Source: a virus
Taxonomy: Duplodnaviria; Heunggongvirae; Uroviricota; Caudoviricetes
Virus record (IMG/VR): IMGVR_UViG_2630968766_000009
Strand: one strand, 5' to 3'
DNA length: 40,446 nt
A program made the translations under genes and the position numbers. Below are positions 13,110-27,108 of the stretch, piece by piece. The notes below the pieces were generated by a model. The model ran no database searches and was not told the origin of the DNA. It saw only the letters and a program-made list of their open reading frames with translations. Position 1 is the first letter of the stretch. Every line of letters starts with the position of its first letter.

Positions 13110-14135
13110 TTACGCCAGTTGTACGGACACGAACTCATCAGGGTCAGCCAGCAGCATCAGCGGTGCTGACTGAATCATGGTGAACTCACGCGCCGGATCG
13201 CCGGTGGTCACCCAGTTTTTCGGGTAACGGGCAGAGGCGTTAATGCCTTCGCGCTGTGCGTCCGCATCCTGAATGCAGCCATAGGTGCGCAGACCGCGTG
13301 CCTGAGTGTTCCCCAGCACCATCGTGTTGTCCGGCAGGAAGTTCTTTTTGACGCCGTTTTCCACGTACTGTCCGGAATACACGACGATGGCCACATCGCC
13401 ATACATCCCCTTATAGGACACCGCTTTACCCAGGTCTTTCACCGCTGTCTCCAGCTCGGAATTAGAGCCACGACGGGTATCCAGCTTCTCCTTGACGGCT
13501 TTGAAGGAACGGAACAGCGCCCAGCCTTTCGGATCGAACACGATGATATTCACCACACCGCTGGCGTTCAGCGCGTAGGCTTCGATATCGTCGGTCGGGT
13601 CATACGTGGACTTGTCACGCTTGCTCCACTCCGTGCCGCCGGACTGCGTGATGTTATTCTCCTCACTGCGGCCCATATCCACCTCAACCGGATCGAAGGC
13701 TTCACCGGTCATGGTGTATTTGCCCTTAAGCACGGCAGAAACTGCCTGCATCTCTTCGACCTGAGCAATGGCCAGCTCTTCGTCACGCATGTTCTGCATG
13801 ATGATGCGACGGCGGCGGTAAGCCGGGTCCGCCAGATTCTGCGGATCTTCATCCGGCAGGCGACGCAGGGTCATCTGCGGATTCACTTCATGCTTCGGCT
13901 TGACATATCCCGGCGTAAATTCAGAGGTGGAGCCGCCACGGGTACGGATAACCTCACCGGAAACAATCGGCGAAACGTACAGCGCCATGTTTACCAGTCC
14001 CGGAATTTGTGAGAGATAGACTTTCTCCGTGGTGAAGGGATAGCTCTCACGGAAAAAGAGACGCAGAAACAGCGGATCAAACTTAAATTTCTGCTCATTT
14101 GCCGCCAGCAGTTGGGCGGTTGTGTACATCGACAT
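13110..14135 (-). CDS. E: Major capsid protein E
   Basis: ORF-track frame trimmed to MSMYTTAQLLAANEQKFKFDPLFLRLF... (341 aa, lambda gpE length). Confidence 0.9.
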   Translation of the reverse strand: MSMYTTAQLLAANEQKFKFDPLFLRLFFRESYPFTTEKVYLSQIPGLVNMALYVSPIVSGEVIRTRGGSTSEFTPGYVKPKHEVNPQMTLRRLPDEDPQNLADPAYRRRRIIMQNMRDEELAIAQVEEMQAVSAVLKGKYTMTGEAFDPVEVDMGRSEENNITQSGGTEWSKRDKSTYDPTDDIEAYALNASGVVNIIVFDPKGWALFRSFKAVKEKLDTRRGSNSELETAVKDLGKAVSYKGMYGDVAIVVYSGQYVENGVKKNFLPDNTMVLGNTQARGLRTYGCIQDADAQREGINASARYPKNWVTTGDPAREFTMIQSAPLMLLADPDEFVSVQLA

Positions 14136-14190
14136 AAAAAAATCCCGTAAAAAAAGCCGCACAGGCGGCCTTTAGTGATGAAGGGTAAAG

Positions 14191-14523
14191 TTAAACGATG
14201 CTGATTGCCGTTCCGGCAAACGCGGTCCGTTTTTTCGTCTCGTCGCTGGCAGCCTCCGGCCAGAGCACATCCTCATAACGGAACGTGCCGGACTTGTAGA
14301 ACGTCAGCGTGGTGCTGGTCTGGTCAGCAGCAACCGCAAGAATGCCAACGGCAGCACCGTCGGTGGTGCCATCCCACGCAACCAGCTTACGGCTGGAGGT
14401 GTCCAGCATCAGCGGGGTCATTGCAGGCGCTTTCGCACTCAATCCGCCGGGCGCGGTTGCGGTATGAGCCGGGTCACTGTTGCCCTGCGGCTGGTAATGG
14501 GTAAAGGTTTCTTTGCTCGTCAT
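14191..14523 (-). CDS. D: Head decoration protein D
   Basis: ORF-track frame trimmed to [27 protein letters not shown]... (110 aa, lambda gpD). Confidence 0.9.
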
Positions 14524-14532
14524 AAACATCCC

Positions 14533-15832
14533 TTACACTGGTGTGTTCAGCAAATCGTTAACGGCATCAGATGCCGGGTTACCTGCAGCCAGCGGTGCCG
14601 GTGCCCCCTGCATCAGACGATCCAGCGCAGTGTCACTGCGCGCCTGTGCACTCTGTGGTGCTGCGGCCAGAATGCGGCGGGCCGTTTTCACGGTCATACC
14701 GGGGGTTTCTGCCAGCACGCGTGCCTGTTCTTCGCGTCCGTGAGCCTCCTCACAGTTGAGGATCCCCATAATGCGGCTGTTTTCTGCCGCAACCGCAGCG
14801 GTGATCTGCGCGTTCACGTCCGGCTGCGCCGCGCTGGCGTTTTCGCCCTCCGTCGCTTGCACCACGCCAGTAACGTCAGCCTGCGAAGCAGTGGCTGAAA
14901 CAGTTGTTGATTGAGTCTCTTTGGTCATTCGCCCTCCTGAGAGACGGGATTTACGTGCATCCAGTGCATCACGCATAACGGTGATCGCATCGGTGCTGTT
15001 GACAAGTTCATCAGCCAGTCCGGCATCAATGGCCTCCTGACCGCTGTACACTGCAGCCTCGGTATCCAGCACAGCCTGCACGGACAGGCCGGTATATGCC
15101 GACACCTTCTGCGCAAACATCCGGCGGGTTGCATCCATCCGGGACTGCAGTGTCTCCCGGACGTCATCCGGAAGATGGCTGTAGGGGTTGCCATCCACCT
15201 TATGGCTGCCGCTGTAAATCAGCGTGATTTCCACGCCCTGTTTCTCCAGCGCAGCACCGTAATTACTGTGAGCCATCATGACGCCGATGGAGCCTGTCCG
15301 GGCGGTCTGCGTGACCAGACGCCGGGAGGCGGCGCTGGCAAGCAGCTGCCCTGCACTGCAGTTCATGTCATTGGCCAGCGCCCATACCGGTTTTATGTCA
15401 CGCACACGGGCGATGATGTCAGCGCAGTCAAATGCCCCTGCCACCATTCCGCCGGGCGTGTCCATATCGAGCAGAATGCCGTCCACCATCGGATCGCTGG
15501 CAGCCTGTTGCAGACGGGCGATAATGCCGTTGTAACCGGTCATCCCCGAGTACGGCTGCAGCGCCCGCGTCCGGCTGACCAGCGTGCCGGACACCGGCAG
15601 CACGGCGATGCCGTTCATGACCTGATAACTGCGGGCCTGTCGTGGTCCGTCATCATCACCGGATAATGCCAGCGTCGCGAGTGCCTCCTGGGCAGTCAGG
15701 CTGTCGCCGGACACCGCATCCGTCAGGCGGCTGATCCCAAGCTGGCCTGCAAGCGCACAAAAGAAAACCCGCGCATAGGCGGGTTCAAGCATCAGCGGCT
15801 CATTAAAGGCCATGCTGGCAATATGCGGGAGA

Positions 15833-15852
<20 letters not shown>
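14533..15852 (-). CDS. C: Head maturation protease / scaffold C (Nu3 scaffold is the in-frame 3' part)
   Basis: Long frame 14533-15987. The lambda-like product begins at ...TAELRNLPHIASMAFNEPLML with a GTG codon at 15852, giving 439 aa (lambda gpC length). ClpP-like serine protease region. Confidence 0.8.
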
Positions 15853-19533
<3,681 letters not shown>

Positions 19534-19559
<26 letters not shown>

Positions 19560-20079
19560 TCAGCAACCCCGGTATCAGTTCATCCAGCGCGGCTGCTTTG
19601 TTCATGGCTTTGATGATATCCCGTTTCAGGAAATCAACATGTCGGTTTTCCAGTTCCGGAAAACGCCGCTGCACCGACAGGGGGATCCCGTCGAGAATAC
19701 TGGCAATTTCACCTGCGATCCGCGACAACACGAAAGTACAGAATGCGGTTTCCACCACTTCAGCGGAGTCTCTGGCATTCTTCAGTTCCTGTGCGTCGGC
19801 CTGCGCACGCGTAAGTCGATGGCGTTCGTACTCAATAGTCCCTGGCTGGAGATCTGCCTCGCTGGACTGCCGCAGTTCTTCAACCTCCCGGCGCAGCTTT
19901 TCGTTCTCAATTTCAGCATCCCTTTCGGCATACCATTTTATAACGGCGGCAGAGTCATAAAGCACCTCATTACCCTTGCCACCGCCTCGCAGAACGGGCA
20001 TTCCCTGTTCCTGCCAGTTCTGAATGGTACGGATACTCGCACCGAAAATGTCAGCCAGCTGCTTTTTGTTGACTTCCAT
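19534..20079 (-). CDS. nu1: Terminase small subunit Nu1
   Basis: 181-aa ORF beginning MEVNKKQLADIFGASIRTIQNWQEQG (HTH), overlapping the start of A as in lambda. Confidence 0.95.
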
Positions 20080-20256
20080 TGTTCATTCCACGGCCAAAAA
20101 CAGAGAAAGGAAACGACAAAGGCCCAAAAGTTCGTTTTCAGCACCTGTCGTTTCCTTTCTTTTCAGGGGGTATTTTAAATAAAAACATTAAGTTACGACG
20201 AAGAAGAACGGAAACGCCTTAAACCGGAAAATTTTCATAAATAGCGAAAACCCGCG

Positions 20257-20268
20257 AGGTCGCCGCCC
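20257..20268. other. cosN cohesive-end site
   Basis: The plus strand reads aggtcgccgccc, the reverse complement of the remembered lambda 12-nt cohesive end GGGCGGCGACCT, about 190 bp upstream of the Nu1 start. Confidence 0.6.
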
Positions 20269-20467
20269 CGTAACCTGTCGGATCGCCGGAAAGGACCCGC
20301 AAAATGATAATAATTATCATCTACATGTCACAACGTGCATCTACGCCATCAAACCACGTCAAATAATCAATTATGACGCAGGTATCGTATTAATTGATCT
20401 GCATCAACTTAACGTAAAAACAACTTCAGACAATACAAATCAGCGACACTGAATACGGGGCAACCTC

Positions 20468-20662
20468 ATGTCAACTAAGAACAGAACCCGCAGAACAACA
20501 ACCCGCAACATCCGCTTTCCTAACCAAATGATTGAACAAATTAACATCGCTCTTGAGCAAAAAGGGTCTGGGAATTTCTCAGCCTGGGTCATTGAAGCCT
20601 GCCGTCGGAGACTAACGTCAGAAAAGAGAGCATATACATCAATCCAAAGTGATGATGAATAA
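20468..20662 (+). CDS. Small basic protein, possibly ribbon-helix-helix (YlcI/DUF3950-like)
   Basis: 64-aa ORF with an Arg/Thr-rich N-terminus followed by IRFPNQMIEQINIALEQKG...WVIEACRRRL; sits between cos and bor on the strand opposite the late genes. Confidence 0.4.
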   Translation: MSTKNRTRRTTTRNIRFPNQMIEQINIALEQKGSGNFSAWVIEACRRRLTSEKRAYTSIQSDDE

Positions 20663-21021
20663 ACATCCCGGTTTCTTCCACCATCGCACCGGAAAAGCGA
20701 CTATGAGGGTAACCCTGCGTCTGTCAGCACAGTAAAACCCGGTGTGCATCGTTTTTGATTATTCCCGCACACTCACGCAGAAGGAATTCCCCGTCGGGCT
20801 ACGGTCATGGTTAATGCGGGAATACGGCGACGATACAGCGCAGCTAAAAGGGTAATGGACAGAAAGAGCGGTTTATTTCATTCCACAGGATTCTGAGTGC
20901 CCCCCTCCTCCAATAGGCTGAGCATCCACCTATATAGTTTTAATTTTCATCAATCCATTTAACTATCGTTTAATTGTTGTCACATAGGATTCTGCCGTTT
21001 TTAAAAATGCAGGATAATAAG

Positions 21022-21315
21022 ATGAAAAAAATGTTGTTTTCTGCCGCTCTGGCAATGCTTATTACAGGATGTGCTCAACAGACGTTTACTGTTGGAAACA
21101 AACCGACAGCAGTAACACCAAAGGAAACCATCACCCATCACTTCTTCGTTTCGGGAATTGGACAGGAGAAAACTGTTGATGCAGCCAAAATTTGTGGCGG
21201 CGCAGAAAATGTTGTTAAAACAGAAACCCAGCAAACATTCGTAAATGGATTGCTCGGTTTTATTACTTTAGGCATTTATACTCCGCTGGAAGCGCGTGTG
21301 TATTGCTCACAATAA
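21022..21315 (+). CDS. bor: Bor lipoprotein (serum resistance)
   Basis: ORF-track frame trimmed to MKKMLFSAALAMLITGCAQQ (lipobox LITGC), 97 aa, lambda Bor length; opposite strand to the lysis genes, as in lambda. Confidence 0.9.
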   Translation: MKKMLFSAALAMLITGCAQQTFTVGNKPTAVTPKETITHHFFVSGIGQEKTVDAAKICGGAENVVKTETQQTFVNGLLGFITLGIYTPLEARVYCSQ

Positions 21316-21346
21316 TTGCATGAGTTGCCCATCGATATGGGCAGCT

Positions 21347-21808
21347 CTATCTGCACTGCTCATTAATATACTTCTGGGTTCCTTCCAGTTGTTTTTGCAT
21401 AGTGATCAGCCTCTCTCTGAGGGTGAAATAATCCCGTTCAGCGGTGTCTGCCAGTCGGGGGGAGGCTGCATTATCCACGCCGGAGGCGGTGGTGGCTTCA
21501 CGCACTGACTGACAGACTGCTTTGATGTGCAACCGACGACGACCAGCGGCAACATCATCACGCAGAGCATCATTTTCAGCTTTCGCATTAGCTAACTCCT
21601 TCGTGTATTTTTCATCCAGTGCAGCAACATCACGCTGGCGCATCTGCATGTCAGTAATTGCCGCGTTCGCCAGCTTCAGTTCTCTGGCATTTTTGTCGCG
21701 CTGGGCTTTGTAGGTAATGGCGTTATCACGGTAATGATTAACAGCCCATGACAGGCAGACGATGATGCAGATAACCAGAGCGGAGATAATCGCGGTTACT
21801 CTGTTCAT
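21347..21808 (-). CDS. Rz: Spanin inner membrane subunit Rz
   Basis: Frame 21347-21820 trimmed to [36 protein letters not shown]... (153 aa), very close to remembered lambda Rz; ATGA overlap with the R stop. Confidence 0.9.
   Translation of the reverse strand: MNRVTAIISALVICIIVCLSWAVNHYRDNAITYKAQRDKNARELKLANAAITDMQMRQRDVAALDEKYTKELANAKAENDALRDDVAAGRRRLHIKAVCQSVREATTASGVDNAASPRLADTAERDYFTLRERLITMQKQLEGTQKYINEQCR
21406..21588 (-). CDS. Rz1: Spanin outer membrane lipoprotein Rz1 (embedded in Rz, +1 frame)
   Basis: 60-aa ORF wholly inside Rz, with lipobox VVVGC and the proline-rich [18 protein letters not shown] tract. Confidence 0.8.
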   Translation of the reverse strand: MRKLKMMLCVMMLPLVVVGCTSKQSVSQCVKPPPPPAWIMQPPPDWQTPLNGIISPSERG

Positions 21809-22302
21809 TGCTGACCCCACAAACAGATTTCACGCTCAATCTCACGACGAGTCATGAGACCTTTCCATTGCTTACCGCCAGCATATGTCCAGCGACGTAG
21901 CTGATCACATGCGCCTTTGATATCGCCCTGGTTTATTTTGCGAAGAAGCATCGATGTTCTGAAATTGCCAGCACCCACGTTGTAAACGAATGAGTAAAGA
22001 GCGCCGCGCATTGTTTCCGGTATATCGACTTTGATGTACGGGTTAATTTGTCTGGCGACCGTGGCAAGGTCTTTATTCAGGAGGGCTTTGCATTCTGCTT
22101 TGGTATACGTTTTACCGAGCATGATGTCTTTTCCTGTATGCCCGTGACATACAGTCCATACACCAACAATATCTTTGTATGGTATGTAGCTGACACCTTC
22201 CAGACCATCGTTACCACTTGGGCCAGTGATTAACACTGATGCTATAGCAATTGCTCCGCCACCAATAGCAGCAGCAACGGCTTTTCGTAATGATGGAGGC
22301 AT
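21805..22302 (-). CDS. R: SAR endolysin (T4-lysozyme family, phage 21 R-like)
   Basis: 165-aa ORF with a Gly/Ala-rich N-terminal signal-anchor-release segment ([20 protein letters not shown]) followed by a lysozyme domain. This is not the lambda transglycosylase R. Confidence 0.85.
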   Translation of the reverse strand: MPPSLRKAVAAAIGGGAIAIASVLITGPSGNDGLEGVSYIPYKDIVGVWTVCHGHTGKDIMLGKTYTKAECKALLNKDLATVARQINPYIKVDIPETMRGALYSFVYNVGAGNFRTSMLLRKINQGDIKGACDQLRRWTYAGGKQWKGLMTRREIEREICLWGQQ

Positions 22303-22517
22303 TATTCACCTCTCGCAGCCTTGCGCTTATCTTCTTTAATCTTGAAATAAAGGTTTGTCAGGTACGTCAGCAGGCCAAATACCAGGCTACCCAGCACACC
22401 TATTGCTGCCCACTGTGAGGGCGTGACTTTATCGAGCAGCTGTAAAAACCAGTAACCGGCACTACCTGCTGAGGTGCCATAGGCGACACCCGTTGTTAAC
22501 TTATCCATGGATTTCAT
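22302..22517 (-). CDS. S: Pinholin with dual start (phage 21 S-like)
   Basis: Frame 22302-22562 trimmed to [26 protein letters not shown]... (71 aa); the MKSM dual-start motif is typical of holin/antiholin pairs; two transmembrane segments. Confidence 0.8.
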
Positions 22518-23105
22518 AACCCCACCTCGCAGACAAAGCGGGTGTAAATTGAGGGAATACAACGTATCGCAAAAAAGCAGAAACGTAACAGACTCGGAGT
22601 CAGTGAATAACTCAGGTATTGAGTTATCAGCTAATATCGAGACTCAAAAAATGGAAAAACCAGCTCGACGGCGGGTTTAAGCTGTGTGACGAAGTAACCA
22701 CTCTTAACAGCATAACCAATTTTTTACGTACGTAAACCACTGAATGATATTTATGAGAATGCTACCGAGTGTTCAAAACACCACCACAAATACATAAGAA
22801 AATCTCAACAAATAACCAATAAATAATTTCCGGAGTTATTTTTAGTTAATTTAAATTAAACCACCGAATTATAGAACCCCCATAAATAACAGCCATTAAT
22901 ATAAATTAGCTAATAGGTTTATTTTTGTTCAAATAAGAGCCATAAATAGGTTTCGATAGAAAAAGTTCAGATAAAAATAGAGATCTACTTCACAAATTAA
23001 ATGAGAAACTAAAACTTACATCTTGAAATAATCACATTGATTAGATGAATATTTATCGCGCAGTGACATCATTTTTTAATAATAGTTCAAAAAAAAGGGC
23101 TCACG

Positions 23106-24203
23106 ATGAAAAAATTAACAGTGGCAATTTCTGCTGTAGCTGCATCAGTACTGATGGCGATGTCTGCTCAGGCAGCTGAAATTTATAATAAAGACAGTAA
23201 CAAGCTGGATCTGTACGGGAAAGTTAATGCCAAGCACTACTTTTCCTCTAACGATGCAGATGATGGTGATACTACTTATGTTCGTCTGGGCTTCAAAGGC
23301 GAAACCCAAATCAACGATCAGCTGACTGGTTTCGGTCAGTGGGAATATGAATTCAAAGGCAACCGCGCTGAATCTCAAGGTTCCTCCAAAGACAAAACCC
23401 GTCTTGCATTTGCAGGCCTGAAATTCGGTGACTACGGCTCAATCGATTACGGCCGTAACTACGGTGTAGCATACGACATCGGTGCGTGGACTGACGTTCT
23501 GCCAGAATTCGGTGGCGATACCTGGACCCAAACAGATGTGTTCATGACTGGTCGCACCACTGGTGTTGCAACCTATCGTAACAACGACTTCTTTGGTCTG
23601 GTTGATGGTCTGAACTTTGCTGCTCAGTACCAAGGCAAAAACGATCGTAGCGATTTCGATAACTACACCGAAGGTAACGGTGATGGCTTCGGTTTCTCTG
23701 CTACCTATGAATACGAAGGGTTCGGTATCGGTGCAACTTATGCGAAATCTGATCGTACCGACACTCAAGTTAATGCAGGGAAAGTTCTTCCTGAAGTATT
23801 TGCTTCCGGTAAAAATGCAGAAGTTTGGGCCGCAGGTCTGAAATATGACGCTAACAACATTTACCTGGCCACTACCTATTCTGAAACCCAGAATATGACT
23901 GTATTTGCTGATCACTTCGTTGCTAATAAAGCTCAAAACTTCGAAGCTGTTGCACAATATCAGTTCGATTTCGGTCTGCGTCCGTCCGTTGCTTACCTGC
24001 AATCTAAAGGTAAGGATCTTGGAGTATGGGGCGATCAGGACTTAGTCAAATATGTTGATGTAGGTGCAACCTATTACTTCAACAAAAATATGTCTACTTT
24101 CGTTGATTACAAAATCAACCTGCTTGACAAAAATGACTTCACTAAAGCACTCGGTGTAAGCACTGATGACATCGTTGCTGTAGGTCTGGTTTACCAGTTC
24201 TAA
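23106..24203 (+). CDS. nmpC: Phage-encoded general porin (OmpC/OmpF family; NmpC/Lc-like)
   Basis: 365-aa ORF with a signal peptide ([23 protein letters not shown]), porin-like sequence and C-terminal ...VGLVYQF. Preceded by a 540-bp AT-rich region and an AAAAGGG RBS. Confidence 0.9.
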   Translation: MKKLTVAISAVAASVLMAMSAQAAEIYNKDSNKLDLYGKVNAKHYFSSNDADDGDTTYVRLGFKGETQINDQLTGFGQWEYEFKGNRAESQGSSKDKTRLAFAGLKFGDYGSIDYGRNYGVAYDIGAWTDVLPEFGGDTWTQTDVFMTGRTTGVATYRNNDFFGLVDGLNFAAQYQGKNDRSDFDNYTEGNGDGFGFSATYEYEGFGIGATYAKSDRTDTQVNAGKVLPEVFASGKNAEVWAAGLKYDANNIYLATTYSETQNMTVFADHFVANKAQNFEAVAQYQFDFGLRPSVAYLQSKGKDLGVWGDQDLVKYVDVGATYYFNKNMSTFVDYKINLLDKNDFTKALGVSTDDIVAVGLVYQF

Positions 24204-24211
24204 TCTGATTA

Positions 24212-24252
24212 CGAAAAAGATATGTTGGGGAGGCTTTGCCTCCCCAACATAT
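24212..24252 (-). terminator. 15-bp-stem hairpin with a T-run on the minus strand (candidate late-leader terminator tR')
   Basis: atatgttggggaggc (24220-24234) pairs with gcctccccaacatat (24238-24252); on the minus strand it is followed by cTTTTT (24219-24214). About 140-180 nt downstream of the Q stop in the late direction. Confidence 0.4.
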
Positions 24253-24339
24253 AAGTGGCTCCCTCAAGCCACTTCCTTTAGGAGCACAACCTTGCTTCTA
24301 ACTATATAAACCTTCTGTTATATATTACCCTTTATTTTT

Positions 24340-24365
24340 GGGGGCGTTGCAACGCCCCATTTTTA
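24340..24365 (+). terminator. Intrinsic terminator downstream of the porin gene
   Basis: Hairpin gggggcgttgcaacgcccc (24340-24358) followed by aTTTTTaa on the plus strand. Confidence 0.5.
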
Positions 24366-24391
24366 ATAATTTTTAGTAAACAATTGGCATA

Positions 24392-24775
24392 TTAATTAGA
24401 GTTATTAACAACGATATCCATCTCTAACCGGATATCTAATGCCATTAACATCCCTTCAATTATGCCCTCAGCCTTCTGTAACCTTTTCCCGATATAACCA
24501 TCAGAGCAGCAATGCTTACCTGCCAGTGACATGAATGTCATACCGACTACATAATAATCTACTAATAAATCGTGCAAATCGCTGTTGTTCTTTTTCAGAC
24601 GGGCCATGCACCCGCAAATGATCATCGCGTCATCGTCACAACATTGCGGGCGAGATTTTACTTTTGAAGGAATTAATCCCTTAAAACCGGCGGCAATGGA
24701 CGACCAGGTCACATCTTCATGATTATTAGCCGCCCACGCTCCCCAACGCTCAAGAACCATCTGAATATCACGCAT
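24392..24775 (-). CDS. Q: Late antiterminator Q (phage 21/82-type, QuuD-like)
   Basis: Frame trimmed to [26 protein letters not shown]... (127 aa) with the Cys-rich motif [13 protein letters not shown]; lies between rusA and the lysis genes. Confidence 0.85.
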   Translation of the reverse strand: MRDIQMVLERWGAWAANNHEDVTWSSIAAGFKGLIPSKVKSRPQCCDDDAMIICGCMARLKKNNSDLHDLLVDYYVVGMTFMSLAGKHCCSDGYIGKRLQKAEGIIEGMLMALDIRLEMDIVVNNSN

Positions 24776-24860
24776 CAACTTACTCCACAAAAATCAGACC
24801 AGAACGCCAATTACAAGCAAAAATCAACAAAACAGTATTAGTTGATTGTTATCTCTGACT

Positions 24861-24998
24861 TCATACTCCTGCTCCTGTCAGGGTTTTGGCGTAATTCTTC
24901 AGTATTCGGTAATCGGTCAAAACAGAACCGGGGAAACGATATAAGCGCAGACGCCCCCAGCGGTGGCGAAGAAGTTCTGCCATATTAAACTCAAACAT
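24861..24998 (-). CDS. Small protein (YlcG-like), translationally coupled to rusA
   Basis: Manual translation: [45 protein letters not shown] (45 aa); its ATG overlaps the rusA stop (TGATG). Below the ORF-track size cutoff. Confidence 0.4.
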   Translation of the reverse strand: MFEFNMAELLRHRWGRLRLYRFPGSVLTDYRILKNYAKTLTGAGV

Positions 24999-25360
24999 CA
25001 TTCATTCCCCATTTCGGTGATGGTCAGTTCCAGCCTCCCACCTTTGGTAACAGGCATCTTCACAACGCGGTAATCAACGACCTGAGCATCATCCAGCCAG
25101 AAACCTGCTTTAGTGAGTGCGTCAAAAGCGGCTTTTTGCAGATTATCCAGGTCACGGCGACGGCGATCCGGCATGTGGCACTCAATGCGGATTTTCACAG
25201 GCATAGCCAGGCCGATATCCAGCATTGCGTTTTTAATGATTCGGGCGACGTTATCGCGGTATGCCTGCCCCTCTGCACTGACGTGCGTGCGCCCGCGATT
25301 ATGGCGGTAATAGCGATTATTGCTCGGAGGCCATGGTAATGTGATACTGTAGGTATTCAC
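24998..25360 (-). CDS. rusA: Holliday junction resolvase RusA
   Basis: 120-aa [40 protein letters not shown]..., matching the remembered RusA sequence. Confidence 0.9.
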   Translation of the reverse strand: MNTYSITLPWPPSNNRYYRHNRGRTHVSAEGQAYRDNVARIIKNAMLDIGLAMPVKIRIECHMPDRRRRDLDNLQKAAFDALTKAGFWLDDAQVVDYRVVKMPVTKGGRLELTITEMGNE

Positions 25361-25647
25361 GCCTTAATAACCCCCTCTTTCAGCCAGATAACCTGTGTTC
25401 TCGCCATACCTTCCAGCGCGCATTCTTTTGCATATGCAGCATCGACAAAATGTGTGCGGCGGTCGATTTCGTCGTGGCAGGCAGAACATGCAATGGTGGC
25501 AATCAGGTCTGGCGGTTTGGTACCGGTGCCGCACAATCCAGTCAGCCGGATATGTGCCAGTACAGACGTTTCAGGGTTGCCATTACATACGCCAGGGATT
25601 CTTACCTGGCATTCCCGACCACGCGCTGCTTTTCTCAAATCAGCCAT
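25357..25647 (-). CDS. YbcO-like putative zinc-binding nuclease (DUF1364)
   Basis: Frame trimmed to [29 protein letters not shown]... (96 aa); Cys/His-rich; start overlaps the ninE-like stop. Confidence 0.7.
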   Translation of the reverse strand: MADLRKAARGRECQVRIPGVCNGNPETSVLAHIRLTGLCGTGTKPPDLIATIACSACHDEIDRRTHFVDAAYAKECALEGMARTQVIWLKEGVIKA

Positions 25648-25810
25648 GATTCCTCCTTGCTGCCAGTCGCAACCATTTTTTATCAACCAGGCTAGCGGTA
25701 TATCCGAGCAGTGTTGGTATTTCGGATGGCTTCAGCTCAGGCTTACGCTTACGACGATTTGATACTCTGTAGATGTGTCCGTTCATGACACGAATAAGCG
25801 GTGTAGCCAT
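25640..25810 (-). CDS. ninE: NinE-like small protein
   Basis: Manual translation: [56 protein letters not shown] (56 aa); its ATG overlaps the ninB stop (TAATG). Confidence 0.5.
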   Translation of the reverse strand: MATPLIRVMNGHIYRVSNRRKRKPELKPSEIPTLLGYTASLVDKKWLRLAARRNHG

Positions 25811-26265
25811 TACGCCTCCTGCTTGTCGCGGAGCAGCTGGAACTCGCAGCTCTGCGGAATAGTCAGGTGGCAGCCAATATTCACCGCCCAGGCTTCAACC
25901 TTACACAGGAAGACATACATCTCTCCGGTATCAAGATCGGAGGTATAGCGTAATGACTGAATGGTGGTGATTTCACCGGTTACGACATCAACCAGGTCTT
26001 TGGTTTCAAAACCGAGATAAGTGTGTTTGAGAGCATCTTTTACCCAAGCTGCAGTAGCGAACGATTTCCCCCTGCTTATGAGGTATTCACTGATTTCGCT
26101 GTACCACATGTGGCTAAGTGCATTCTGGGAAAGACTGCGTCTCTCGCGCCACGGTTTAAGCACCATGCGAAAGCATTTTCCGTCCTCCAGATAAGGCTGG
26201 ATCTGCTGACCGATAGCGGTGAAGTTACCGCGATGTAATTTGATGCCGTCTTGTGGGAGGTTCAC
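25810..26265 (-). CDS. NinB/YbcN-family recombination protein
   Basis: 151-aa ORF in the nin-region position; remembered as similar to DLP12 YbcN. Confidence 0.7.
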   Translation of the reverse strand: MNLPQDGIKLHRGNFTAIGQQIQPYLEDGKCFRMVLKPWRERRSLSQNALSHMWYSEISEYLISRGKSFATAAWVKDALKHTYLGFETKDLVDVVTGEITTIQSLRYTSDLDTGEMYVFLCKVEAWAVNIGCHLTIPQSCEFQLLRDKQEA

Positions 26266-26475
26266 GCTTCACCTCCGCAGAGGTCAAACGTTGGATGCAA
26301 AAAATCGCAGGTGCATTTCTGCATCTGTGAAGGGAGAAGAGAGTTTGGATTGTGTGTGCGCATAAACGTCCCCGTTTAGCGCAGAAGTCACCGGAGTTGT
26401 TCAGGTTCCGGTGATACAATTATGGCGAATTGATGACGGAGAATCAATTTTGCGAAAATGACACGATTGATCTAC

Positions 26476-27108
26476 TCAGGCCTTGGAAAGCTTGAGCTTA
26501 CCCTTTACGTGCAGAGTGTTAATTAACCAGAAGGCCCCGAGCAAACACATACAATGCGCGCTAGTGACTAACTTACAAATACGAATGCGATTTTCTTCAA
26601 GATCAGGAGGTAGCTCTTTCATCAACGCTATAGCGTAGATTCCATCCTTGAGAATTGGCTCAACAACTTGATGCACGTAGCCACCATGGTTAATCTCTTC
26701 TAACTTTATGTTTTTAATCGATTCTGCGAGTTTATCAACCTCTTCATTTGTAATTACATATTCAATTTTATGAGCGTACTTGTTACGTATTGTGTTGAGC
26801 TCAGCCATAGCGTCTGCAAGCGAGACAGGAAGCCCTAACAGAACTGCGGCAGACAGCTTTGACGCAAAATACTTATAGCTTCTTATCGAATTGTATTTTT
26901 CAGAGCCATCAGGTCGTAAGTTTTCAATAACAACCCGAAGAAAGTCCTCATGAATTAGCATCAATTTTAATAGCGCGGCAGACTCATCCTCATAGTTAGC
27001 TATCGAGGCCATTTTATTAAGATCTAGAAAATAGCCAAAGTCATGATCGATTTTCACGTAGTTACCCTCATCCGTTGTTGGACTTTGTTCAATTCGAGAG
27101 AATTTCAT
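26476..27108 (-). CDS. Hypothetical protein with a HEPN-like R-x4-H motif (candidate toxin / abortive-infection effector)
   Basis: 210-aa ORF in AT-rich DNA; motif ELNTIRNKYAHK (RNxxAH) typical of HEPN RNase active sites; hydrophobic C-terminal segment LLGAFWLINTL. Start overlaps the upstream small ORF stop (ATGA). Confidence 0.55.
   Translation of the reverse strand: MKFSRIEQSPTTDEGNYVKIDHDFGYFLDLNKMASIANYEDESAALLKLMLIHEDFLRVVIENLRPDGSEKYNSIRSYKYFASKLSAAVLLGLPVSLADAMAELNTIRNKYAHKIEYVITNEEVDKLAESIKNIKLEEINHGGYVHQVVEPILKDGIYAIALMKELPPDLEENRIRICKLVTSAHCMCLLGAFWLINTLHVKGKLKLSKA

Noticed and set aside
22563-23105. AT-rich 540-bp region, considered as a possible IS remnant or small RNA gene
   Set aside because: No terminal inverted repeats or transposase fragments were seen. 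It is most simply the promoter and regulatory leader of the porin gene plus the region upstream of S. A small RNA cannot be excluded but nothing specific supports one.
23145-24002. Minus-strand ORFs of 77 and 187 aa
   Set aside because: Antisense within the porin gene, which has a clear signal peptide and porin C-terminus on the plus strand.
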